64,000 nucleotides of DNA from positions 1 through 64,000 of the IMG/VR virus record IMGVR_UViG_3300020048_000017. One strand, written 5' to 3'. Made by a program: the position numbers and the translations under genes. The notes beneath the pieces are model-generated. The model saw nothing but the letters and a program-made list of their open reading frames with translations, made no database searches and had not been told where the DNA came from. Of this stretch, positions 37,805-47,018 are shown one piece after another. The DNA comes from a virus. The first letter of the stretch is position 1; the number at the start of each line of letters is the position of its first letter.

Positions 37805-38056
37805 CTAATTTGATCTTTTGTTCCAAAGTTTTATTGCCGCTCTTTTGGCGCGATTGATATATTTCTCCCCGTATCGGAAATTTCTAAACCCGTCAACAAC
37901 CCTTTCCTCTATCGTCATTAGATCGCATATCTGGACGCTAGATATCGCCATGCCACAGCCACATTCTATTTCGTATTGAGACCCTGTTCCTTCGGGGAAC
38001 TCTGGGACTTCTCCACAAAAGGGGCACGGTTTTAGAGTGTCAAAGTTTTTACTCAT
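37805..38056 (-). CDS. Lar-like restriction alleviation family protein
   Basis: LKPCPFCGE...IECGCG...AAIKLWNKR. Confidence 0.65.
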   Translation of the reverse strand: MSKNFDTLKPCPFCGEVPEFPEGTGSQYEIECGCGMAISSVQICDLMTIEERVVDGFRNFRYGEKYINRAKRAAIKLWNKRSN

Positions 38057-38262
38057 GTTTTACTATACCCCTTGTTCTCTATCTGTCAAATTGTAAATAA
38101 TATTCCAGACCTTAGTTTGGTCTACTTCGTAAAAAAGTTCTGGGAAAGGGTGAGGTAATTGTTTGTGGAAATGGATATAAAAAGCTTGCCCCAATCTCAT
38201 ATCAGGGAATTCACACTTATTCCACTTTTTTATAAACTCTTCTACTTCACTTCTTTTCATAA

Positions 38263-38649
38263 TTAAACAGTCTCCCTTTTAATGTTGCGAAGGTCTGAGT
38301 AATCGTGAGCGGTCCCCGTTACTCTTCCTGCGTCCGACTTAGAGTCGCTTCTATCGTAACGATGGACTCCATTTTGGTCAATCACGGTTTCGTAACCTTT
38401 AGTTTCCATGCTTCGCGCTACGATTTGGATGATTTCGCCACCCTGAGTTACGTAAGTCTTACCTACTAGGAAGCTAAAAGAGTGCCCTTCCAAATGTTCA
38501 AAGCACAAAAACTTTCCAGTCTCGCGACGAGCCCTAACGTTTTTCTTCCCGCATACCTCGCAGTTGCCGTTAGAATAACCCGAGCCTCCAAAAAAAGACC
38601 CTCCACCCATCATCATTGACATTGCTAAAAGTTGGTTTAATTTGTTCAT
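38263..38649 (-). CDS. hypothetical protein with Zn-ribbon
   Basis: CEVCG...LCFEH. Confidence 0.55.
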   Translation of the reverse strand: MNKLNQLLAMSMMMGGGSFFGGSGYSNGNCEVCGKKNVRARRETGKFLCFEHLEGHSFSFLVGKTYVTQGGEIIQIVARSMETKGYETVIDQNGVHRYDRSDSKSDAGRVTGTAHDYSDLRNIKRETV

Positions 38650-39016
38650 GTCTTACTATAACACAACTTTTGAATTTGTCAATACTTAAATAGGAAATAA
38701 AAGAATCCTAAAAAACAAGCTCCACAAATGAGCGCGCAACTCACGTTTTGAAAAGCTTCCGGCCAAGATATTTCTGCTAGTATCATCGTTTTTTCTTGAG
38801 AGTTAACATTGATTCAATTCCCGCATAAGGGAAAGGCCCATTTTTCTTTTCTCCAAACTCAGCGTTAGGAAGGATTTCGCGATACTCCCCTGAGATAGAA
38901 TCGGACCCTTTAGGACCTCTTGTGTAATTCGACACAATGTAAGTGTGTCCCGACTTCATGACTACAATAACAGCTTTCATGAAAGAATATGGCCCCTTTC
39001 GTGGCATTGTCAAGTG

Positions 39017-39976
39017 TTAAAGGCTTTCGAGGTAATCTTTTCCTTCGTGAGAGATAAACCTCTTGCCGTCTACTTTCATAAGACCCCTGCGGAGAAGGTA
39101 TTGCTCCATGTCCCGCACTACAAGCGCAGCTTGTGCTACGTGGTTCGCAACGTCGAGAAGTCGAGAACCTGACGGATTTGCACGAAGGAATTCAAGCACC
39201 CTCACTTCTTCCGAAGTAAGACCTAGAGGCAGAATATTCATTACTTCGAACAATTCTTTAGCGTCATCTACTGTAAACTCATCGGAGTCGTAAGCAGAGA
39301 GAAAGGTGTTGACGTTCTCGCCCATCTTGATAGCCGAGCGACCGTTCATGCGAAGGCGAGACACTAGCTCTACCACTGCTTCTGTGGTAACGTTAGCCTC
39401 AGAATTGCACTGGGAGAGGATGATCATTCCCAGCTCAACGTTGTCCAGAGGTTGAAGAGCTACCTCCGTAAGACGGTCCATAAGAGGTTTGAACATCTTG
39501 TCTTTTTCGGTGGTCGCAAAGATGAACGTAGCCATCGTAAAGTCAACGTCCATTCGCTCTTCGGAGTCGCCCGAACCGATTGCAAAGAAACCCTTATTAG
39601 TGTTGGAGGGTTCCAGCATAGAGAGTAGTCGATTGGTCACCTTGTCGCTGAGACCGTGAGCCTCATCAATAAGAACCGTGATCGGAGTGTCCAAAACAGT
39701 TTCAAACATGAAAGCACCGAAATCTTTGATGCTAGTGAATTGGCCCGCATTAATGTGAGCGAACTTACGACGCTCTCCAGTTCTAACTTCCTGAATATTG
39801 CTGGTTGCGATTGCGATCTGCTTAGAGATGAAGCTTTTGCCCCCGCCCGCTTCAGCGGACAGGAACATGTGAGGCATCAGACCGGTGTTCTCCATACCTG
39901 CGAGGAGGAAGTTGAGCTTACGCTTAACTTGAGCTTGACCGATAACGTTAGGGAGTCTGTCTTGGAATTTCTTCAT
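39017..39976 (-). CDS. ruvB: RuvB-like Holliday junction branch-migration AAA+ ATPase
   Basis: VIGQAQVK; PHMFLS-AEAGGGKS; VLIDEAH; IFATTE; PLMDR; C-terminal wHTH LGL...MEQYLLRRGL. Confidence 0.82.
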   Translation of the reverse strand: MKKFQDRLPNVIGQAQVKRKLNFLLAGMENTGLMPHMFLSAEAGGGKSFISKQIAIATSNIQEVRTGERRKFAHINAGQFTSIKDFGAFMFETVLDTPITVLIDEAHGLSDKVTNRLLSMLEPSNTNKGFFAIGSGDSEERMDVDFTMATFIFATTEKDKMFKPLMDRLTEVALQPLDNVELGMIILSQCNSEANVTTEAVVELVSRLRMNGRSAIKMGENVNTFLSAYDSDEFTVDDAKELFEVMNILPLGLTSEEVRVLEFLRANPSGSRLLDVANHVAQAALVVRDMEQYLLRRGLMKVDGKRFISHEGKDYLESL

Positions 39977-39981
39977 TCTGC

Positions 39982-40009
39982 ACTATAACACGCTTTCTAG
40001 ATATGTCAA
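39982..40009 (-). promoter_or_regulatory. box-less leaderless promoter (ruvB)
   Basis: TTGACA-16 nt-TATAGT-5 nt-ATG, no TGTTC-N4-GAACA upstream. Confidence 0.8.
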
Positions 40010-40111
40010 CTTCTTTTTTACTAAAATCTGCTTATTAATAACTTTTATCCTTGGACACGAAAAAGGGATCGGTTTCCCGATCCCTTTTTATCACACGCAG
40101 GTTGTCTTAAA

Positions 40112-40477
40112 TTAAACGATCTCGGCAGCGACCTTGCTGGCTTTGACTGGCGCTTCGACTTCGTCAAACGTAACGGCGTCAGCAGCCCAGCTTGAGGAGA
40201 CCTTAACCTTCGCAGAGAAGGCAGTTTCTGCTTTCGCTTCTTTCGCAGCCGCCTTCATTGCTGTGGCGAACTTCCTACCACCGACATGCTGGAGGAGTGC
40301 GAAGAGAGACATTTCGGAGAGAACCGGAGAACCCTCTTTACGACCACGCTTGATCACTTCGCCATCTTCACCAACTACGCGCCACTGCTCTTTGTCGCCA
40401 GTTGCGGTTGCACAAAGGCGAACGGTTTCACCTTTAGCATTTTGACGCTCATCACCGATTTTGAATGTAGTTTTCAT
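40112..40477 (-). CDS. hypothetical Ala/Lys-rich protein
   Basis: biased codon usage, terminator downstream. Confidence 0.65.
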   Translation of the reverse strand: MKTTFKIGDERQNAKGETVRLCATATGDKEQWRVVGEDGEVIKRGRKEGSPVLSEMSLFALLQHVGGRKFATAMKAAAKEAKAETAFSAKVKVSSSWAADAVTFDEVEAPVKASKVAAEIV

Positions 40478-40556
40478 ATTCTTGTTTTCTTTTTTTTGTT
40501 TTGTTGTTATTGTTAAAGCACTATAACATGCTTTTATATTTTGTCAAGAGGTTTCT

Positions 40557-40919
40557 TTAATTAATTTTCAGAGCCTCTTCGCTTTCTAATTCTTTTACGC
40601 AGTTCTCTAAGTATTCCAAAGCGTCTTCTACTTCCGAATACTCGCAAGGGAAAAATATTGCGTCTGATGCAAACTCTGCGTCTGAGCCTTCCACGATGGT
40701 ATAAAACCTAATTCCTACCACGAAATGTCCTGCCCAAATATTAGGGAGGTCTCTAGTGATGCCGTGATGGTCATCATGTGCAAAAACTGAATCTTTTGTC
40801 GTGAGATATTCGGTGCTTACTCCACACTCCGTTTTGTCGTAAAAATGACGACCCAACGCTCTTAGGGATTCGCAATCCAAATGTTCCGCTAGTCGAGAAA
40901 TGCTGCTTATTTGTTTCAT
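40557..40919 (-). CDS. hypothetical protein
   Basis: leaderless promoter unit. Confidence 0.6.
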   Translation of the reverse strand: MKQISSISRLAEHLDCESLRALGRHFYDKTECGVSTEYLTTKDSVFAHDDHHGITRDLPNIWAGHFVVGIRFYTIVEGSDAEFASDAIFFPCEYSEVEDALEYLENCVKELESEEALKIN

Positions 40920-40960
40920 GTCTTTACTCTAACACACTTTGAGCTATTGTCAAGAGATTT

Positions 40961-41254
40961 TTATTCAGCAAGCCAACTCATTAATTCTTGAGCGGTTTCG
41001 AATTCAAAGACTTTAGTGTTAGGACTTTCGACAAGTTTTTTGACAAACTTCCCCAAATTAGCTTCGCCGTGAATCGAAAAACAGTTCCCTATTGTTAATT
41101 TGTGCAGACTCCGAGCTTGGTAGTCCCCATGGTTGTAATAAGGTCGGGTAATAAAACCTTTGGTATCCCAGCGTTCGACCCCATAGAATTTATCGGGATC
41201 GACTTCCTGAAATGAAATCGTTGGTTGTTGACTAACTGTTACTACTTCTTTCAT
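40961..41254 (-). CDS. hypothetical protein, KFYG paralog family
   Basis: KFYG...KGF...LTIGNCF...FEFETAQELMSWLAE. Confidence 0.7.
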   Translation of the reverse strand: MKEVVTVSQQPTISFQEVDPDKFYGVERWDTKGFITRPYYNHGDYQARSLHKLTIGNCFSIHGEANLGKFVKKLVESPNTKVFEFETAQELMSWLAE

Positions 41255-41603
41255 CTTATCAGATCTCTAAATTCTTTTTTAATACTTTCGCGTCAAGTTG
41301 TTTTTATGTATGATTATTAAATAAATCTCACGAAGTCAAACTGCCTTTGAACTTTCATTGGTAAGCAAATAAAAGCCATTTCTCGCCAATCATCGCCAGT
41401 CTCGGTATAGCAAGAGTTTTCCCAGTTATCGCCTAGACAGTATGAGACATAATCTCCGCGACAGTCAATTCTCCAAGAAAGTAGAAATTTCTGCCCTTCA
41501 AAATTGATGTAAATCGTGTTCTTGTCAATTAATTTAATTTCTTTCATGAGCCAATATATCATGCTGTAAAAATAAGTCAAGTTCTTTTTTTATAGCACCC
41601 GAT

Positions 41604-41631
41604 TGTTCATAAGAACATGTTCATTAGAACT
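41604..41631. promoter_or_regulatory. outlying tandem SOS-type boxes
   Basis: TGTTCATAAGAACA + TGTTCATTAGAACT, 23 nt upstream of -35 at 41575-41580. Confidence 0.85.
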
Positions 41632-41652
41632 GCTTGGGCTTTCGCCCGAAAT

Positions 41653-42418
41653 TCATTCATTCTTCTTTCGGTGCTTCTCGATCTGATCAAAGGGTTTCCA
41701 CTTTGTAATTGCTTCAACTTTGTCGAGCCATTGATCGTGAGCTTCCCCCCATGGGCGACAAGCCTTGTGCTTCATTGCGAAGAACACGTATGCATCTTCC
41801 AGTAACGCTTTTAGTTCGCCAAGTTCCTCCTCAGGCTCAAGCGCTACATTCCCGTGTAAAATTGCCTTGGTTTTCCACTCGTCGCGCTCCCGCTCTAGGT
41901 AGCGTGCGTGCCCCATTAAATTTGGTCGATGATCATCTCTATAGAGAGCGTCCGTCTCTGGTGTGTCGCTCATGCTTCTCCTTTCGCTTTTTTGATTGCG
42001 CGCCCTGCTTGCTCGCGAAGTTCAGTTAGAATGGCGCTCTCCGATGACATGATGGACTGCAAAGCGGCGAGCAAGTGGTTGCGCTCCCGCTCAAGACGGC
42101 GGGCGAATTTGGCAGGGACGAAATCACCGGTGAAAATCGCGCCTGTCGATTCTTTCACGATACAGGGTGATGCGCACTCAAGGTAAAGGTCATCTTCTAG
42201 GTCTGTTTCTGGTGTATCGCTCATATTTCTCCTTTCGCTTTTGAGATTGCGGCAGCGCATTTTTCCCTAACGCCGTCTGGAAGTGGACCGTTCCAAGATT
42301 GATCTAGGGCGAGTTCAAGAGCGGCGAGCATGTCGTCGCGTTCCCGCTCAAGTCGGCGGGCGAATTTGGCAGGGACTACCTCGCCGCATAAAAGGTCTGT
42401 TTCTGGTGTGTCGCTCAT
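41653..42418 (-). CDS. three tandem MSDTPETD-family ORFs (41653-41973, 41970-42224, 42221-42418)
   Basis: shared N termini and ARRLERER motif, repeated at DNA level. Confidence 0.75.
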
Positions 42419-42420
42419 AA

Positions 42421-42756
42421 TTAATAATTGCCGCCTTTGTTATTTCTTATAAAGTGTTGAGAAGAGTTTCTTAAAGTCTCTGGTTTAAATAACTTTCGTT
42501 TTTGACTAACTAGGCTGGGATTGCAACCGATTTTTTCGGCAATGTCTTTATTTTTTAAAGTCCAATCTACCATGAACCAATCGACCTTGATTCTTTTTTT
42601 ACCTACATTTTGACCCAATGTTTCGGGAGCAAATTTAGCCCTTTGCCTTGAAATGTAACTAACTTGGGTTTCAAATAAGTCAGCTAATTCAAACGAAGAA
42701 AGGGACCAGTCCACAACGGACCAGTCCCTTTTCGGCGTTAGGCCTTTATTAAGCAT
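42421..42756 (-). CDS. protein with two HTH-like repeats
   Basis: VDWSLSSFELADLF.../VDWTLKNKDIAEKIGC... Confidence 0.6.
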   Translation of the reverse strand: MLNKGLTPKRDWSVVDWSLSSFELADLFETQVSYISRQRAKFAPETLGQNVGKKRIKVDWFMVDWTLKNKDIAEKIGCNPSLVSQKRKLFKPETLRNSSQHFIRNNKGGNY

Positions 42757-43715
42757 TAGTAACTTTTGCCCCGACGAATGATTTCACTGCGATCCGTCTG
42801 GTTAATGATCGCGTTCCAAGCTGCCTGCTTTTTGATAGCCGCCGTTCCGAATTCCGAAGAAACGTATTGCTTCCACTTGTTGTCTCCACCACTGCTTTCA
42901 TGGGTATAAAAGTCAGTGATAGCGCTGAAAACGTCAGCCCAGTCTTTCCCGTCATTACCTTGGCCATTGCGGAAAAGGTAGATGAGACGGTCAATAGAGT
43001 TTTGCGAGCGCTTGCTAACTTCGTCCGCGCCTTCAGGAGTTACAAAACCAGTAAACCAGTTGCGAGCGTCGTCCATAGACGCTTTTTGACCCATTAGTTC
43101 GGTAAACTTTTTTCCAAACTCACGTTGAACGTGAAGGGCCGCGCTAATGATTTCAGGCATGTTATCAATAGCGTTCATCGCATTTTTAGTGTGGCGAATT
43201 CGAACCTTGACGATTTTTCCGTTCGGGTCGCGAAGGTTTGCCCCGAAGGTATTCATACAAACCGTGCAAATGTTACTGACGTTCACCCAAAACGGAGTGC
43301 TTTGGTCAAAAGAATTCCCGAAGTTGAGAAATGCGTCGAACTTTCGGTGTTCGATTTCCAAGTCCCCTTCGTCGATTCCGAAAGAAAGGAAGACTTTGCT
43401 CCGATCCTGAAGGCTACCACAGCTTTCCAAAGGAAGGTCTGGAGCTGCCGAATAAACCATCCCGAGCATCGTTTCGTTGTTAATGACCGTATAGCTTTTA
43501 TCGTTATAAGGTTTCCCAACATTCAAGTCAGGGTTATCGGTTGCGGTGAGGATCTTGAAATCAGACTCCTTACCTCTCACTTCCATGACTTCGGGCACTA
43601 CGTCCCACGTAGCGAGCCAACAGTTGTCAAGGGAGAGATCCGGTTTAACATGGGTTTTGCCGTGCCAACCCATTTCCCGACCCTCTTGCTTATCGTGTTC
43701 TAGAATTCCGTCCAT
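42756..43715 (-). CDS. DUF932 (TIGR03299-like) phage/plasmid protein
   Basis: MGWHG; LESCGSLQDRSKVF; NICTVCMNT; IRHTKN; W..FSAITDFYTH. Confidence 0.82.
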   Translation of the reverse strand: MDGILEHDKQEGREMGWHGKTHVKPDLSLDNCWLATWDVVPEVMEVRGKESDFKILTATDNPDLNVGKPYNDKSYTVINNETMLGMVYSAAPDLPLESCGSLQDRSKVFLSFGIDEGDLEIEHRKFDAFLNFGNSFDQSTPFWVNVSNICTVCMNTFGANLRDPNGKIVKVRIRHTKNAMNAIDNMPEIISAALHVQREFGKKFTELMGQKASMDDARNWFTGFVTPEGADEVSKRSQNSIDRLIYLFRNGQGNDGKDWADVFSAITDFYTHESSGGDNKWKQYVSSEFGTAAIKKQAAWNAIINQTDRSEIIRRGKSY

Positions 43716-43789
43716 GTTCTTTTAATTGTTTTTTGTTAACTGAGATGCAAGATAACACACTTCGGGAGGAAGTCAAGGGATTTTTGAAT

Positions 43790-44406
43790 CTATTTTGTTT
43801 TGGCGAGCGCTGTCTTTGCTGACTCCCATTTCAAGTATTCACCCTTGTAGAATGTGTAATAAGCTCGCTCAAAGGTGGCATCATCGCTCACGAATCTGTC
43901 CCATAGCTTAGCGAGAGGCTTCAAAACACCCTCCAACTCCCCAACCCGTTCGCGCAGTTCGTCGCGCTCCTTCGTCAGCATCCCGACAAGCTCCATTGTC
44001 GGGTGATTCGATTCCGGCAGGGCGTCACAAAGAGCCTCCCGAACGTCGTAGAACTTGCGTTTCCATTCGTCGCGTTCGCGTTCAATCGCCTCCAGTTCGC
44101 GCTTTTGGCGAATGTGAAACGACGCCCATGTCTCAGTGATAAGGCGGGTCATCGCGTGTTTAGTGTCGGGAGTATCGCTCATTTGGCCTCCTTTGTTTTA
44201 GCAATAGCCGCTTCTTTTTTGTCAAGCCACCATCCGCTGTGATAAATGCCATCCGAAGTTTCAAGCACATCAATCAATTCCGCGACCCGCTCGCGAAGTC
44301 CTTCGACCTCTCTTTCTAGCCCCTGAGCAAAAACAAGGCTACACCCCGCTTCGTGGGCGCGGTTCCACTCAAGGGAATTTTGATCTGACCTAGGAGTATT
44401 GCTCAT
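43790..44406 (-). CDS. two further MS(D/N)TP-family ORFs (43790-44182, 44179-44406)
   Basis: MSDTPDT, MSNTPRSD; ERERDE/LERE motifs. Confidence 0.65.
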
Positions 44407-44608
44407 TCTACGTGTTCCCTTTTTGCAAGTTCTTCTTTAAGAACCCTCATCTGTCTTTTTAATTGTGCCGCAGATTTTCTTTTTTCGTCCCCAATAAACT
44501 CTCCGCAACAAGAACACCTTAGGCTATAAAGAATAGCCCTTTTCTTCTTTAAGAAAGAGAGTAATCGTTTCGTATCTATTTTGGGCAGGTTATCTAAAAC
44601 AAAATTAC

Positions 44609-44875
44609 TCATGATGGATTAAAGATAAATATTTTATGTTTTAATTTACCTATTGTAAATTCATTGAAGCCCTTAGGAATCTCTAAAACGTGTTTCCAGT
44701 TCTGGTCCTTTCGGGCTTGAGATTTGCTAGGGAATAGTTTAAGATGAGCTAATAAATCCCACATATCAAAATTAGCGGGGATTATTTGAAAGTTTTCGGG
44801 CTCAGCCTCTGCGAAAAATAATTCTACGTCACCTTCTAAAACGTTGTCGTTATTAATTAGTAGGTTGTGTTCCAT
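44609..44875 (-). CDS. small protein with S4-like motif
   Basis: DLLAHLKLFPSKSQARK. Confidence 0.45.
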   Translation of the reverse strand: MEHNLLINNDNVLEGDVELFFAEAEPENFQIIPANFDMWDLLAHLKLFPSKSQARKDQNWKHVLEIPKGFNEFTIGKLKHKIFIFNPS

Positions 44876-45401
44876 TTTTAAACCAATCTGGTTGAGTTCG
44901 GCCTTTATTCCACGTAACGAAGGGTTTATCCCAAATATAAAATTGACGATATTGTTCGCACACCGAAAAAGAATCAAAGTTTGGTAATTGTCGGCACCTT
45001 TTATCTTTATTAATGGCTACCGCAAACTCGGTAAGCCCCCCATCTGGAACTTCCGCGTCTTCAATATTATCAATAATCCAATCTAAGAAATCGTGTGAAA
45101 AGTGTCGCTTTTTATTTCGAAATATGAATTCTTCAAATTGAGCCTGAGCGTGCAGAATCAACCACTCCATATTAGTCTTAGTTTTGATGGCCCATTTTGA
45201 ACATGGGTGATGAGGGTAAGAATGCTTGCGAGAGTGCCCCTTTTGAGTTTTGGGGCAATCTGTAGCCGACAACCTCTCAATAGAAAAACAGTTCGAAAGA
45301 ATCTGAATTGTTTCTTTAGATTGAGAAGTAATATGGGTGTCGCATTGCATTTTTGCCGACTCTTCGGGGCAATATGTATTTGACAGGATGAATATGTTCA
45401 T
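44853..45401 (-). CDS. pyrimidine dimer DNA glycosylase (endonuclease V-like family)
   Basis: MNIFILS...AKMQCDTH...QILS...HHPCSKWA...YRQFYIWDK...W.KGR..PDWF. Confidence 0.8.
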   Translation of the reverse strand: MNIFILSNTYCPEESAKMQCDTHITSQSKETIQILSNCFSIERLSATDCPKTQKGHSRKHSYPHHPCSKWAIKTKTNMEWLILHAQAQFEEFIFRNKKRHFSHDFLDWIIDNIEDAEVPDGGLTEFAVAINKDKRCRQLPNFDSFSVCEQYRQFYIWDKPFVTWNKGRTQPDWFKNGTQPTN

Positions 45402-45431
45402 GTCGTCACTATAAACCCGATTTCACAAATG

Positions 45432-46010
45432 TCAAGCTTTGATTTTATCAACTGCCGCCCGAAGTTCTTCGAAAGCTTCCATCGAAAAGGTTTGACAACC
45501 GACAACAATTTTATCAGGATGAACCCCTGCGGTGTAAGAACTGTTGAGTTTTACTTCAATAGGTTTTGATTTCGGGAAAAGATCCCTTGTGTAAAGATCG
45601 TTGAGAGTAATTTCCTCATCACCGTAACCTTTGTCCAAGTAGATGTTCCCATTCCTGAGATACATTGTGGTTTCTTTAATTAGGACTTTTTGGCCCGATA
45701 AGACCCACCCAATACCAAGTTCAAAAAGCCTCTCTTGAATAACTTTTGAATGTTCGGGGCTAACTGCTTTGATTACGTATTTCATTATATTTTTAGGAAA
45801 GAGTTCGTCGAATTTAGATTGTTTTAAATAGTAATTAACCGAAGGTGAGTCTCCTGTCAACGAACCGAAAGAAGGCATACCTAAGTCTGAGGATTTTATA
45901 CCAAGTTGATCTACCAAGCATTTCTTGTTGTCTCCTTCTCCGATACAAACAAGATCTGGGAATTGCTTGCCATTTTTACCCCTGTCAATCCAATATTGTC
46001 TATCTTTCAT
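45432..46010 (-). CDS. hypothetical protein
   Basis: 192-aa ORF. Confidence 0.55.
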   Translation of the reverse strand: MKDRQYWIDRGKNGKQFPDLVCIGEGDNKKCLVDQLGIKSSDLGMPSFGSLTGDSPSVNYYLKQSKFDELFPKNIMKYVIKAVSPEHSKVIQERLFELGIGWVLSGQKVLIKETTMYLRNGNIYLDKGYGDEEITLNDLYTRDLFPKSKPIEVKLNSSYTAGVHPDKIVVGCQTFSMEAFEELRAAVDKIKA

Positions 46011-46499
46011 ATAATTTCCAATTCTCTTGCACGTTTTTCAATATAAACTCTTTCTTCGGCTTTTCTTTTTTCTAGAGCGTCTTTTACGGCTTGAATTTCT
46101 TCTTTGGTTTCCTCGCGATCTGCAACAAGGTAGTAACTCTCTCGGTCTGAGTAATTGTGAGAATCGTTTTCAAACCTATAATTCGAAAATTTAGGATCTT
46201 TCTGAACCCCTTTGAGTTCTTCTATTAGGTCTTCCAAACCCATTTCAAAATCAAAATACTCGATTATTACTTTTTTCATATCTTATTAAAACACCTGCCG
46301 TTATATTCGTAAAGGTTATCGTTAATTGAAATGCGGTCCATTATTTTCAAGGGTCGGACCCCAATATCTTCGCAAATTGATTTGTTATTTAAATCACTAA
46401 CCACCCTCATTAAGACTATTCCCTCGTTGGTTTCGTCATCCATTAGGATTTCTCGGTAGTCTGTAACTTTACCTTTGTTAAAATAGTAAACAAGAATGT

Positions 46500-46988
46500 T
46501 CATCGAACTTTCAAAGGACCCAGCCTGTCAAAATTTCCGCTCTTAATTTTTTGAACCCGATCATAAGCAAGAATGCTTCCTACCACTGCCACATTAAGAC
46601 AGTGGATTGCGTCGGGAATTTCCACGATATAATCGCACTTTCTTTGAACTTCTTCGGGCAACCCTGAGTCCTCCGCTCCGAGTAGATAAACCGCCCTGAG
46701 AGGGTGTTTAAATGTATTAAGCGGTTTTGATCTTTTTGAAATTTCAATTCCAATTAAAGCAGCCCCTTTGGGAAAACAGCTAATAAATTGATCAAAGTCT
46801 TCGTATTGAAATAGCGGGATGGATTGCCAAGCTCTCCGAGTGTCGGTCATCCTACGTTGGTAACGCTCTCCGATAGTAAAGATGTGATTTGCACCGAACG
46901 CTTGAGCAGACCTCCAGATCGTGCCTGTGTTTTCAGGAAACTTTGCACCGTAAGTGCCGATTGAGAACCAAGAGTCGTTATTTAGCAT
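46500..46988 (-). CDS. TrmH/SpoU (SPOUT) RNA methyltransferase
   Basis: NTGTIWRSAQAFG; LLGAEDSGL; IVEIP...LNVAVVGSILAYDR. Confidence 0.88.
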   Translation of the reverse strand: MLNNDSWFSIGTYGAKFPENTGTIWRSAQAFGANHIFTIGERYQRRMTDTRRAWQSIPLFQYEDFDQFISCFPKGAALIGIEISKRSKPLNTFKHPLRAVYLLGAEDSGLPEEVQRKCDYIVEIPDAIHCLNVAVVGSILAYDRVQKIKSGNFDRLGPLKVR

Positions 46989-47018
46989 GTTTCGATTATA
47001 ACACACCTTTTCCTGTTG

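Noticed and set aside
9140-44242. Most + strand ORFs beyond 7.6 kb
   Set aside because: Antisense shadows of minus-strand genes with no promoters or recognisable domains.
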